From: Candidatus Spyradocola sp.
GTDB lineage: Bacteria > Bacillota > Clostridia > Christensenellales > UBA1750
Assembly (NCBI GenBank): GCA_050942925.1
Contig: JBMNOF010000003.1
Span: 25,314-89,313 of the forward strand
Length of the DNA stretch: 64,000 nt
Direction of reading: 5' to 3'
The position numbers and the translations under genes are program-made. A model generated the notes under the pieces. That model saw nothing but the letters and a program-made list of their open reading frames with translations, made no database searches and was not told the DNA's origin. Below are positions 1 to 9,370 of the stretch, piece after piece. Within the stretch, counting starts at the first letter, position 1. The number at the start of each line of letters is the position of its first letter.

Positions 1-557
1 GTCACGGACCCATCCGACTTTTCGTGGGCGAGGATTTCGGCTTGGCCCTCGTTGAGGTAGGCGAAGTAGACGCGGTCGTCGTTCTCGCTCATGGCGGCGA
101 ACATGGCGCTTGCGCGCGGGGCGCGGACCCCCTCGGGGACGATGGTGCGGTCGAGCGGCGTGCCATAGAGCGAGCCGTTTTCATCCAGCGCCACCAGGAC
201 CGCGCGCAGGGCCTGCCGGTTGACCATGTCCATCTCAAAGCCCGCGACATAGATGTAATTGTCGCTCGTGACATAGATGTTCTGCACGACGAAGCGATCC
301 GCGTCCGTCAAAACGGGCAGCTCCTCGTCCACGATGAGGTTGCCCTGGTCGTCCACCTTGACGATGTGGTTGACGCCGCCGACGTTTTCGATGTAGTAGA
401 CGATGCCGTTCTCATCCATGGAGAGGGCGTATTGATTTCCCGCCGTCTCCTCGTCGGTCTGCCCGACGACGGCGCTGTACAGGTAGTCCCCCAGCGTCGT
501 GATGACGCATGTCAACACGCACAAGAGGATCAGCAAGAATGCGCCAACTTTTTTCAC
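1..557 (-). CDS. membrane-anchored protein, N-terminal part only (gene runs off the left edge)
   Basis: Absent from the ORF track because it has no stop in the window. Hand translation from GTG at 557 (GAGGAGGG upstream) gives VKKVGAFLLILLCVLTCVITTLGDYLYS..., a hydrophobic anchor followed by repeated beta-strand-like motifs (IVYYIEN, NYIYVAG, RVYFAY). The frame stays open to position 3. Confidence 0.5.
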   Translation of the reverse strand, partial: MKKVGAFLLILLCVLTCVITTLGDYLYSAVVGQTDEETAGNQYALSMDENGIVYYIENVGGVNHIVKVDDQGNLIVDEELPVLTDADRFVVQNIYVTSDNYIYVAGFEMDMVNRQALRAVLVALDENGSLYGTPLDRTIVPEGVRAPRASAMFAAMSENDDRVYFAYLNEGQAEILAHEKSDGSV

Positions 558-628
558 GGCCTATTCCCTCCTCGTCTGCGCCGGCGCGCGCGGCGCTCCG
601 GGCTTTGGGATCAATTCGTTTCTGCAGG

Positions 629-1411
629 TCAAAGCGCCTCCTCGCGCAAGCGCTTTTTCCTTGCGCGCTCCTCCTTGCGGCGCTTGCGCCAGCGGCGGAA
701 GGACCGCCTCAGGAACCGAATGAGCTTTTCCAGCAACCTTCCGCGCTTCCTGTCCTCCTCCATCTTGGGCAGCAACTCGCGCCAGGCCGAATACAGCGCG
801 CTCACCGACGCATACCCGCCGGCAGCTGCGCGGTCCAAAAAGTCGATCTGTTCGTCCGTCGCGCGCCAGGGTCTGCGCAGCACGCGTTCCAGCATCGGGG
901 AAAGCGCCCCCGGGACGCCGCCTCCCTGGGCCTTTTCCTCCCCGGCCACGGGCGGGAGGATGCAGTTGATGCAGACGCGGTTGTTCTTCCGCTGCACGGC
1001 CACATTCTCCGGCTGAAGCACGGCCGAGAGCAGCCGCGCCGGCATGGACGCGCACTCCAGCGCGCCGTGCAGAAGGCTTTCGGCAAAGGTTTCGCGCTCC
1101 TCAGCCGAAAGGGAGCCGCCGCGCTGGGGAAACACGTCCTCAAACGGCTCGCCCTCGTGCAGGGCAAATACGGCGGTAAAGCGGCCGTCCTCCGTATAGA
1201 CGCGAACGAAATCCGGGCACACTTCCGAATCCATGCCGTAGAACATGGGCACCATCTGCCGGACCGCGTCCGGGCCGAAATAGATGTTGAGCAATACCTG
1301 CGGCCGTGTGGAGACCTCGATGTCCAGGGCCGAATACGCCTCGTATCCCTCCGCCTCGTGCAGGCGGCGGATGAGCTTGTACCGCCCCACTCCTGCCATG
1401 TTCGTGCGCAT
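629..1411 (-). CDS. degenerate protein-kinase-like domain protein with polybasic C-terminal helix
   Basis: AAAGGAG RBS lies 10 nt before ATG 1411, 22 nt after the fibre-like gene. GRYKLIRRLHEAEGYEAYSALD resembles a kinase N-lobe and LQPENVAV resembles LKPENILL, but the Gly-loop, VAIK Lys, HRD and DFG are all absent. The C-terminus is RRSFRRWRKRRKEERARKKRLREEAL. Confidence 0.55.
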   Translation of the reverse strand: MRTNMAGVGRYKLIRRLHEAEGYEAYSALDIEVSTRPQVLLNIYFGPDAVRQMVPMFYGMDSEVCPDFVRVYTEDGRFTAVFALHEGEPFEDVFPQRGGSLSAEERETFAESLLHGALECASMPARLLSAVLQPENVAVQRKNNRVCINCILPPVAGEEKAQGGGVPGALSPMLERVLRRPWRATDEQIDFLDRAAAGGYASVSALYSAWRELLPKMEEDRKRGRLLEKLIRFLRRSFRRWRKRRKEERARKKRLREEAL

Positions 1412-1433
1412 CTCCCGCTTACTCCTTTACTGC

Positions 1434-3209
1434 TTACTCCTCCACGATGACAAAGGCGCTGACCTTGACCTCCGGGTTATAGCGGCTCGCCGCGACGATC
1501 TCGTAGGTGCCGCGTTCATCCGGTGCCTGGTAGAGGCCGTTTTGATCGATGGACCCGCCGTTCTTGTCCTTGACGGACCAGATCACCTCGCGGTCGTCGC
1601 AGCCGTAGACCGCGGCCTTGAGGTGCAGGCGCCCGCGCGCGGGCACGCGCTGCACTTCCGGCACGATGCGGACCGAGACGCTCTCCTCTTTCTTGACCGC
1701 GCTCAAATCGCGCGTGACCTTAGAGGCATAGTAGCGCACGCGCAACACCGAGCCCTCGACATTGTCCAGCAGCCAAACGCCGACCTTAAAGGTGCCCTTT
1801 TCCGGGTAGAGGATGGCTGCGGTCTGCACCTGCGGTGCGGCGGTGGCGCGGGACTTGAACACCTCGCGGTTGCCGAAGAACTGCGCCTTCTCCCCCGCCT
1901 CCTCAAACTCCACCGCAAGGCGGATGTCCACATTTCCAAGCCCCAGATTGTGGGGGATTTCTTCGGAGATGTAGCGCGCGTTGACGCGCAGGCCGCTGGA
2001 CATGGGGATCTCCACCACGCCGGAAGAGGTGGCGTAGTCATAATCCTGCGCGCGCGGAATGCCGAACTTAAAGTGCAGGGACTGGGTCGCGTGGCTGTAG
2101 CGGGCCTGCGCCTCGGGATTCTGCCAGCTCTTGAGGGTTTCGACCTCGCTGGTGACGTTGAGGGGGGCAAGGCCTTCGCCGGAGGACTGGCCCTCGGCGC
2201 GGCGCAGGCGCTGGTCAAAGGGCAGCGCGGTCACCGACCCGATCATGGTCATCGCGCCCGCGGGCAGAAGCTGGATCTTGGCCAAATACATCGGCAGGTC
2301 GTCCGCCTGCATACGGGTGCGAAGGTTGTCCTTGACGCTGCGGAAAGCGCGCAGCTCCTCCTCGCTGCCGCAGATCTGGGCCTTGGCGGGCAGGCGCAGG
2401 GCGATCTGCTCGCTGGTGTCGCCCAGGCGCACGTTGAGCAGACCACCGTTCGGCGCGAGCTCGGCGGAAACGCCCGCCAGGTTCGCCGCGTGCAGGTTGA
2501 CCTCCAGCGTCCGGATGTGGCGCTGCTCCAGCGGGTTTTCCTTGAAGCTGTAGGAGATGTGCGCATCCCCGCCCTCTCCGGTGAAGAACTCGCTCTCCAG
2601 GGACAGGTCCAGCGACACAGGCGTGGTGACGGAGGACTTGAGCACCAGGAGCCGCGCCGAAAAATCCTCGTCCGCCAGCACGGCCTGCGGCATGGCAAAG
2701 GCCACCGTCAAGTCCTTGCTCTGGTAGAGGAGGCTCACATTCTCATAGCCCGACGCCGTCAGCAGCCGTGGGATATCCGGCTCCTCCACATCCAGGTACA
2801 GGCGGTAGCTCTCCTCGGTCTTGTTGAACTGGTTCTCCTGCGCCTCGGCCGCCACGACGCCGACGGGCTCCGCCTCGTGCTCCTCGTACTTCAGGCACAG
2901 ATAGCACTGGGGCGCGCTTCCCAGCTTGTCATATCCTTCCAGCATCTGGAGTCGCCGCACCACGGGCGCGTCGACCACGATCTCCCGGCCCAGGTAGTCC
3001 AGCGCCAGGCCGCTTTCCACAAGGAGGGTATAGTCGTCCGCCTGCGTAACCCCCAGGCCGCACACGACCCCTGCGCCGAGAACCGCGCGGTTGATCAGGC
3101 GGCGCTTGTTGTTCATATAGGTTTGTTCCAGCTCAAAGTCGCGCACGGTCAGGAGTTTGCCGTAGAAGTAGCGGTTGCGCTCCAGCGGAAAAATGCTTGC
3201 GTTCTTCAA
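1434..3209 (-). CDS. eCIS/phage distal baseplate or tail-fibre-like protein with C-terminal Ig-like domain
   Basis: Its start overlaps the upstream stop by 4 nt (ATGA). The N-terminus FPLERNRYFYGKLLTVRDFELEQ is recalled from proteins following gpI-like genes in tail-like loci. The C-terminus (LHLKAAVYGCDDREVIWSVKDKNGGSIDQNGLYQAPDERGTYEIVAAS) looks like a bacterial Ig-like (Big_2-type) domain. Confidence 0.6.
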   Translation of the reverse strand: MKNASIFPLERNRYFYGKLLTVRDFELEQTYMNNKRRLINRAVLGAGVVCGLGVTQADDYTLLVESGLALDYLGREIVVDAPVVRRLQMLEGYDKLGSAPQCYLCLKYEEHEAEPVGVVAAEAQENQFNKTEESYRLYLDVEEPDIPRLLTASGYENVSLLYQSKDLTVAFAMPQAVLADEDFSARLLVLKSSVTTPVSLDLSLESEFFTGEGGDAHISYSFKENPLEQRHIRTLEVNLHAANLAGVSAELAPNGGLLNVRLGDTSEQIALRLPAKAQICGSEEELRAFRSVKDNLRTRMQADDLPMYLAKIQLLPAGAMTMIGSVTALPFDQRLRRAEGQSSGEGLAPLNVTSEVETLKSWQNPEAQARYSHATQSLHFKFGIPRAQDYDYATSSGVVEIPMSSGLRVNARYISEEIPHNLGLGNVDIRLAVEFEEAGEKAQFFGNREVFKSRATAAPQVQTAAILYPEKGTFKVGVWLLDNVEGSVLRVRYYASKVTRDLSAVKKEESVSVRIVPEVQRVPARGRLHLKAAVYGCDDREVIWSVKDKNGGSIDQNGLYQAPDERGTYEIVAASRYNPEVKVSAFVIVEE

Positions 3210-4324
3210 TTCTGTTCCCCTCCAATCACGGTGTCGTACTGAATGGCGGCCTTGCGGTCAATCGCCGCGCCGGTGTGGCCGGAGATGACGGAGTTGACGC
3301 CGAGATAGGTGTGCGTGTCCAGGTACACGCTGTCCTTGAGCGGCACGAGCTCCGCCTCCGTGTCCGCCGGGATGACCTGGGAGATCTTGTTGAGGAATTC
3401 CTTTGCCGCTTCCTGGGAGGGGAAGCAGCTCTCCGGCAGCAGGATGTGGAAGACGTTCTCCTGCGTGCCGAACAGGCGCGTATAGAGCGCGGCGTCCTTG
3501 CCGCTCTTCTGCATGGGCTCGACCTGGAAGTGCTCCACGAGGAACGGCCGGTGCCCGGTCATGCGCGCAATGCGCTTTTTGAGGCCTTCAGGCGTCTGGG
3601 CGCGCTCATAGTCTCCCACTGCGCCGCGCACGATGGACCGCAGCGTCTCGTCGCTTGCCTCGCTCTCGTTGACCCCCACCCAGGAGGCCAGGTATTGCAG
3701 CATTTCGCCGCCCTGCTTGTCAAAGTCGAGGTTCTCCTCGAAGTGGTCGATTCTCTCCTCCAGATCCTTGACCATCGCGTCAAAGATCGACAGGTATCGA
3801 AACAGGAATCCGTCCCTGTCGCTGCGGGCATAGACCGCGGGCAGGTAGTCCAGCATGTGGTCGCCGGAAAGGCGCGCGCGCACGGCCCGCAGAACGGGCG
3901 GCGGTCCGCCTGTTAGGACAATTTCGATCTTCAGGTACAAATACCTTCCCCGAAGGCCCAACAGAACGTCCCGTCCGTCTACAAACCCCGTGGTATAGAG
4001 GGGATCTGCCTGGCCCGCCTTGACGCTCGGGGAGACAAAGGGGTCCCGGAGGTACTCGCCCAGGGACATCCCCTCCTCCGGCAGGATGTCGTTGTCCGCC
4101 GCAAACGCGGCCACGCGCACCATGCCCTCGAAATCGTCTATGTCCAGCGTAAGGCGCGTCCACGCAAAGTCCCGCCTGCCCGAGTCCAGCCGGGGAAGGT
4201 AGGCGCAGCCCCGCGCAATGCCCTCGGCGCTGCGCAGGGTCAAGCCCTCGCCCTCGGGGCGGAGGTTCACGAGCAATCCGCCCGTAAAATCGCTCCTGCG
4301 GTTGATGACAAGATAGGTATCCAT
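3206..4324 (-). CDS. phage tail protein I-like baseplate protein (P2 gpI / Afp12-region equivalent)
   Basis: Carries the motif YLPAVYARSDRDGFLFRYLSIFDAMVKDLEERIDHFEENLD...MLQYLASWVG typical of P2 gpI-type tail proteins. GGGGAGGAG RBS; sits within the baseplate gene block. Confidence 0.7.
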   Translation of the reverse strand: MDTYLVINRRSDFTGGLLVNLRPEGEGLTLRSAEGIARGCAYLPRLDSGRRDFAWTRLTLDIDDFEGMVRVAAFAADNDILPEEGMSLGEYLRDPFVSPSVKAGQADPLYTTGFVDGRDVLLGLRGRYLYLKIEIVLTGGPPPVLRAVRARLSGDHMLDYLPAVYARSDRDGFLFRYLSIFDAMVKDLEERIDHFEENLDFDKQGGEMLQYLASWVGVNESEASDETLRSIVRGAVGDYERAQTPEGLKKRIARMTGHRPFLVEHFQVEPMQKSGKDAALYTRLFGTQENVFHILLPESCFPSQEAAKEFLNKISQVIPADTEAELVPLKDSVYLDTHTYLGVNSVISGHTGAAIDRKAAIQYDTVIGGEQN

Positions 4325-4335
4325 GGCTCCTCCCC

Positions 4336-6387
4336 TCAGCGGTACACCTCAAGCGCGCCGAGCTCCGGCAGCGCGTGCGGCGGCAGGACGATGTCCCCCG
4401 CCGGTGTGCGGCCCGCCCGCGCACTTTCGGCCGTCATGAGCAGTGACTTGACTCCCAACACGCCGCGGACCTGGCCGATGGCCCCCGCGATCTCCCCTTC
4501 GGTGATGCGCTCGCCCAGGCGCCAACCGGTTTCGTCGCTGGCAAAGCAGCCCTCCACGGCGCGGCGGATGCCCGCCTCCACGTCCTGCGCGCCCACGCGG
4601 GTGAGCACCGTGACGCTGATGTGAATGCGGATGTAGAGCGGCGCCACCGCCTTGACCCGCGTGCAGACGGGCCGCACCGCCTCCAGCTGCGCCTGCACCT
4701 TTTGCAGGAAATCCGCATCCGGCAGGGGCCGGGGGCCGGTGCTGTAGGGCAGCACCGCAACCGTCACGCAGCGGTCTGCGCCCAGGGGCCGGTCGGGGTC
4801 GTAGCCCGCGATGGCGCCCGCCTGCATGACGCGCAGGCCCGGTGTGCGCTTGGCAAAGGCCGCATAGTCCGCCTCCGTCACCGCGCGGGAGGGTTCCCGG
4901 AGGCGGCGCATGAGCCGCGCGCGCACCGCCTGTGCGCTCTCCCGGTCCTGCCCCTCCTGAAAGTCGCCGGCGCGCACCGTGATTTCCGTCCCGTTCACCT
5001 GCAGGTTCTTGGCCGCCGGGAAGTGCCCCTGGCCGCCCATCGTCAGCGAAAAGTCCGCCAACAGCAGCGCGTCCTGCCCGCGCGGCGCGACCTCGCCGCG
5101 CTCGTTGTCCCCGAACAGGAAGGCGCCCTGCTCGGGATCGTAGGAAAAGCAGCGGTCAAACGGGGTCAGGGCGTTGAGGTCCGGCGCGTACGTCCACTCG
5201 ACATACCGGTCCCCGCCCGGGGTGCGCGCCTTGCCCAGGATGCGGACCGCGCCCACGTCCGGGACCTGCCCATCCACGGGCAGGGGCCAGGCGAACCCGC
5301 TCTGCCCCTCTCCGTCGGACGTCAAGTGCGGCGCCATCCATTCCTCATAGAAGATTGCGCGCAGGTTCGGCTCGCCGTCCTCGGCCGGGTCAAAGGGCAG
5401 CTCCGCCTCGACGGTCTCCGCCGCATAGCGGATCTGCTCCACCGCGCGCCAGCCGTGCGCGTCCCGCGCCAGAAGGAAGCACTTTCCCTGCTTTTCCAGC
5501 ACGCCGCGCCGTGGAATGCGCGCCTGTCGGCCTTCCGCAAAGAAATCGCCGCTGCGGACCAGCGTCTTTCTCTGCGTGGCCTGGGCAAAGGCGGCGCACA
5601 CGTCCTGAATCTGCGGCTCCTCCTCGCAGCCGGGGCGCTCCTGCGAAATGCGGACCCAGGTCCGCACCCCGCGGCCCAGGGGATCTGTTTCCCCCTCCGC
5701 CGAGGCGTCCAGCGCGAGCACACCGGTCTTGGACAGGGCGCACGTGCCGTCCTGCAGGACCGGCAGCTCCGCGCCCGATCCGCCAAAGACGCGGATCTTC
5801 CGGCCGGCCGTTTCCCCCGGCGCAAAGGGATTGCGGGGGACGGGGTACTCGTCCGCCACCGTCAGGAGGAGCGAAAGCGGTCCCGGCCCGCCGCTGCGCG
5901 CAAGGCCGATCCAAAGGTCTGCCCCGCCGTGGAAGGCGCGGATCTTCATCTGGTCGCGGAGGATGAGCTCGGTGATGTCGGTGACATCCTCTCCCCGCTG
6001 CAGGAGCAGGGCCTCGACGCGGTCGCCGCCGACGCGCGCATCCTCGTCAAAGGTAAAGGTGGCCCCGCCCGGCGCGGAGATCTCGTCTCCCGCCGTGATC
6101 TGGAACTCGCCGGCCAGGTTCAGGAAGCAAACCGTGGCCCGTGCAGGCGCAATGTCCCTGCGCTCCATGCCCAGCAGCTTGAGGTACATGTTCATCGCCC
6201 GCTCCGTCGGGCAGTTCAGGTGGTATTGCTGCATTTCCTTGTACCAGCTGAAGAGCTCAAGGAGCGTGATGCCGGGGTCATGGGCGTTGTGGTCCGTCCA
6301 CTCGGGAAAGACCGTCGGAATGGACTTGACCGCCTCCTCCACGATCTCGGCAAAGGTCTGGTCGTCCAGGTTTTCGGTGCGGAGCAT
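4336..6387 (-). CDS. Baseplate_J-like baseplate wedge protein
   Basis: N-terminus DDQTFAEIVEEAVKSIPTVFPEWTDHNAHDPGITLLELFSW and later RAVTEADYAAFAKRTPGLRVMQAGAI match the gpJ/gp6-like pattern. Confidence 0.75.
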   Translation of the reverse strand: MLRTENLDDQTFAEIVEEAVKSIPTVFPEWTDHNAHDPGITLLELFSWYKEMQQYHLNCPTERAMNMYLKLLGMERRDIAPARATVCFLNLAGEFQITAGDEISAPGGATFTFDEDARVGGDRVEALLLQRGEDVTDITELILRDQMKIRAFHGGADLWIGLARSGGPGPLSLLLTVADEYPVPRNPFAPGETAGRKIRVFGGSGAELPVLQDGTCALSKTGVLALDASAEGETDPLGRGVRTWVRISQERPGCEEEPQIQDVCAAFAQATQRKTLVRSGDFFAEGRQARIPRRGVLEKQGKCFLLARDAHGWRAVEQIRYAAETVEAELPFDPAEDGEPNLRAIFYEEWMAPHLTSDGEGQSGFAWPLPVDGQVPDVGAVRILGKARTPGGDRYVEWTYAPDLNALTPFDRCFSYDPEQGAFLFGDNERGEVAPRGQDALLLADFSLTMGGQGHFPAAKNLQVNGTEITVRAGDFQEGQDRESAQAVRARLMRRLREPSRAVTEADYAAFAKRTPGLRVMQAGAIAGYDPDRPLGADRCVTVAVLPYSTGPRPLPDADFLQKVQAQLEAVRPVCTRVKAVAPLYIRIHISVTVLTRVGAQDVEAGIRRAVEGCFASDETGWRLGERITEGEIAGAIGQVRGVLGVKSLLMTAESARAGRTPAGDIVLPPHALPELGALEVYR

Positions 6388-6418
6388 GGGCTCACCTCGC
6401 TTTTCTTACCGCATTGCG

Positions 6419-9370
6419 CTAAATGCGCAGGATGTGCCGGCCGCTGCGAGGCACGGCAAAGGGATAGGAGCTGTCCACGTCCAACGCGACGACGCGGCTC
6501 CGGTTGTAGTCGTAATAGCTGCTCTCCAGGAGCACGTCGCGCACGGCCAGGATGTGCGGCACGCGGCGCAGCGCCGCGTAGAGGTCCGTAAGGCCCGGCA
6601 GCACGCCGATGGGGTTGCCAGCCTTGGCGCGGAAGGGATCGAGAAGCTCCTCCAGGCAGGCCTGCGCGGCGCGCTCGGCCGCGACGGCGTTGTCCGGGGA
6701 ATCGACCTCGACCGAGGCGGTGACGTTGATGGTCATCACCATGGCGGGCAGGACATGCAGTCCCTCCCGCGCAAGCCGGCTGTCGCAAAGCCCGCGCAGG
6801 TAGCGCTCCACCTGCTCGCACACGGCGATGGTGTGCGCCTCGCTGTCGTAGTCGCCGGTCAGCAGCACCACCGTCACGTGCCCGGGGTGGTGCGCGCCGG
6901 TCTCGTCCGTGTTGGGGAAGCAGCGCACGGCCCGGACCTCGGAAAACTCCTCCAGGACCAAGGCCTCAAAGTCCGCCCGGGTGACGGCGCGCCCCCTGTG
7001 GCGCAGGCGCTTTGGGCCCAGGCGCTCGACCAGCTCCACGCTCTGCATGTCGTTTCCGCCGCAGATGGGCAGGAAGTTGTACGCCCGCGTGATGCCGGCA
7101 GCGGTCGTCGTGATGCCGGTGATCTGGTCCGCATCGATGTTGCCGCGGCTGCCGCCGCCAAAGGAGTAGCGCACGCGGATGTTGTCCTCGCCCGCGGGCG
7201 GGATGGCGCCGTGCACGCCGTCGCCAAAGTCGATGCGCGACTCCTCCGCGTCCAGCTCATAGACGCGGTCCTGCGGGCCGCACAGCGCCAGGGACTCCGT
7301 CCGCTCCCACCGCACGAACAGGCGGTTGAGCCGGCCATCGCCCGTGTACTCGGCCTGCACGCGGTCCGGCGCCTCGCGGCGCAGGGCCTCCGCCTCGCGC
7401 TCGCTGCGCGCGGGCAGCTCATCCACCCAGACCTCGGCCTCGAGTACCGGCCCCTCGTCCAGGCGCAGGCGCTTGCCCGATTCATGGATTTCGGTGGAAA
7501 AGGTTTCCTCCGGCGCGCGCTCGCGCTGGGTGACGTGCGCGCAGTTGGGCACGATGCGGCGGATGCGCGGGCAGTCGGGCTGCGGCCGCCCCGTGCGGTC
7601 CACGATGCGCACAAAGTACCCCGAGAGGCCAAAGACCTCCGTTCGGGCCAAGAGCTTGGGAAGATAGCAGTGGAGCACGCCGCTGTGCGTGCAGTCCTCC
7701 ATGTCGTCCCGGAAGGGGACGTCCTCAAACTCGCGGCCGAGGAACGCCTCCACACCGATGCGGCGCAGGCCCTTTGCCCGCCCCTGCATCTCAAAATAGA
7801 AGGGCACGGGAAAGCCCGCCGGCGGGGCGTCAAAGCAGAGATAGAGCGCGGGGCGCGCATCCGGAAGGGGGGCGTAGAGCGTGGCGCCCGCCTCTCCCTG
7901 GCCCGACGCAAAGGCGGTGCGGGCCAAATTGTTTTCCGCGACGAGCGCCTGGACGGGCCGGGGCGCGCGATAGCGGAAGGAGAAGCGGATGCCCGTGACA
8001 AACGGCAGCAGCCTTGTGGCATAGAGCTGAAACGCATTCTCGATCCGGGTGGCGCGCGCGCGGACCCACAGCCGCTCCACCGCCCCGACGGTCGTGCTCT
8101 GCATGTCCTCGGGAAGGGTGAAGGTCACGCGCTTGGTGCCCTCCGCCTCCTCCCCAAAGGGATTGGCGTCGCCGGCCACGGAAAGGTGCGTCCAGCCCAG
8201 GCCGTTCCAATACTCCCAGGTGACGTCGGCAACGTAGCGCCGGGGCGGCTCCGGGGGATTGGGCTCCTTTTCGATGACCATCTTGTCCCGGAACTCGTAG
8301 CGCGCCTGCTCCTGCTCGGACTTATGGACCAGGGTGTGCATGTCCAGCGCCAGCGTGATGTCCGCGCCGCGCTTGCAAAGCACCTCGTCCGCGGCCACGT
8401 AGAACGCGTCATAGGGCATCATGTCGTCCGTAAAGCAGTAGCCGCCGCGCTCGGCGTCCAGGCGGACGTCGTTGGCATAGGCCTCGCTGCAGGGAATGCT
8501 CTCCCCTTCGGCGTACGCGCTCTGCACGCGCAGGGACCGGACGGTGATGCGCGTGCCCTCCTTGGTGCGGCGCATGGTGCAGCGGACGCACGGGCCGCCT
8601 TGGAGCTCCTCGCCCTCCTCCTCCGCGCAGGGCAGGAGCTCCAGGGCGCTGCGCTTTTCCAACACGATGCAGTCGCCGTCGGTGGAAACGCCGTCAAAGG
8701 CGTGCCACCCGTCCTGTGCGCGGTACTCCCACGTTGCAAACGCCGGATCACTCAGGCGCTGGGCCGTCTGCTGGGCCAAATACTCCGCGCTGTCGCCCAC
8801 CTGCACGCGGATGGACCCCGGCCGGGACAGGCGGAGCACCTCGTCCTGCCGGAGGAAGAAGACGTGGCGCTGGCGGTTCTGCTCCTCCGGAACGGAAAAC
8901 AGGTCGAAGGCCTCCTGTCCCTGCTCGCGCACGGCGACGGCGTCCTGAACGGGGTCCACGGTGACCATGCCGGTGATGCGCGCGGGCGTGGCAAAAATCG
9001 TCTCGTCCGTCAGATAGTTGATTCGCTCGCCGTCCTCGCCGTCGTGAAAGAGAGGGGTATCCTTGGGCAGCTCCACCGACTCTTCGGTTCCCGGCGCGAT
9101 GTCCACGGCGATGTAGCCGGTGGCCGGGGTGACGGGCTTTTGCCGGACGGAGAGCAGGTTGAGGAACTCGATGTAGTCCTTGTGGAGCACGCGGTTATAG
9201 CGGTCCACGGTCTGGCTGAAGAGATGGGAAAAGATGGCGGCCAGGGCGCCGCCGGCGTCCCTGTCCTCGGGGTCGTTCTTCCACTCGGGCGTATAGCTAC
9301 GCGCGCGGCGGCGGATCTCCTCCAGGAGCGCCTGCTCGTCGCGAGGGTCGAGGATGGGCGTCTTTTTCAT
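6419..9370 (-). CDS. large Baseplate_J/gp6-like baseplate assembly protein
   Basis: 983 aa. N-terminus RSYTPEWKNDPEDRDAGGALAAIFSHLF; C-terminal block GGGSRGNIDADQITGITTTAAGITRAYNFLPICGGNDMQSVE...RGRAVTRADFEALVLEEF is gpJ-like. Its start overlaps the gp25 stop. Confidence 0.75.
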   Translation of the reverse strand: MKKTPILDPRDEQALLEEIRRRARSYTPEWKNDPEDRDAGGALAAIFSHLFSQTVDRYNRVLHKDYIEFLNLLSVRQKPVTPATGYIAVDIAPGTEESVELPKDTPLFHDGEDGERINYLTDETIFATPARITGMVTVDPVQDAVAVREQGQEAFDLFSVPEEQNRQRHVFFLRQDEVLRLSRPGSIRVQVGDSAEYLAQQTAQRLSDPAFATWEYRAQDGWHAFDGVSTDGDCIVLEKRSALELLPCAEEEGEELQGGPCVRCTMRRTKEGTRITVRSLRVQSAYAEGESIPCSEAYANDVRLDAERGGYCFTDDMMPYDAFYVAADEVLCKRGADITLALDMHTLVHKSEQEQARYEFRDKMVIEKEPNPPEPPRRYVADVTWEYWNGLGWTHLSVAGDANPFGEEAEGTKRVTFTLPEDMQSTTVGAVERLWVRARATRIENAFQLYATRLLPFVTGIRFSFRYRAPRPVQALVAENNLARTAFASGQGEAGATLYAPLPDARPALYLCFDAPPAGFPVPFYFEMQGRAKGLRRIGVEAFLGREFEDVPFRDDMEDCTHSGVLHCYLPKLLARTEVFGLSGYFVRIVDRTGRPQPDCPRIRRIVPNCAHVTQRERAPEETFSTEIHESGKRLRLDEGPVLEAEVWVDELPARSEREAEALRREAPDRVQAEYTGDGRLNRLFVRWERTESLALCGPQDRVYELDAEESRIDFGDGVHGAIPPAGEDNIRVRYSFGGGSRGNIDADQITGITTTAAGITRAYNFLPICGGNDMQSVELVERLGPKRLRHRGRAVTRADFEALVLEEFSEVRAVRCFPNTDETGAHHPGHVTVVLLTGDYDSEAHTIAVCEQVERYLRGLCDSRLAREGLHVLPAMVMTINVTASVEVDSPDNAVAAERAAQACLEELLDPFRAKAGNPIGVLPGLTDLYAALRRVPHILAVRDVLLESSYYDYNRSRVVALDVDSSYPFAVPRSGRHILRI

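Noticed and set aside
24-1016. Plus-strand 330-aa ORF at the left edge.
   Set aside because: It overlaps two better-supported minus-strand genes (the kinase-like gene with an AAAGGAG RBS, and the GTG-initiated membrane protein), and its C-terminal half is Arg/Ser-rich nonsense.
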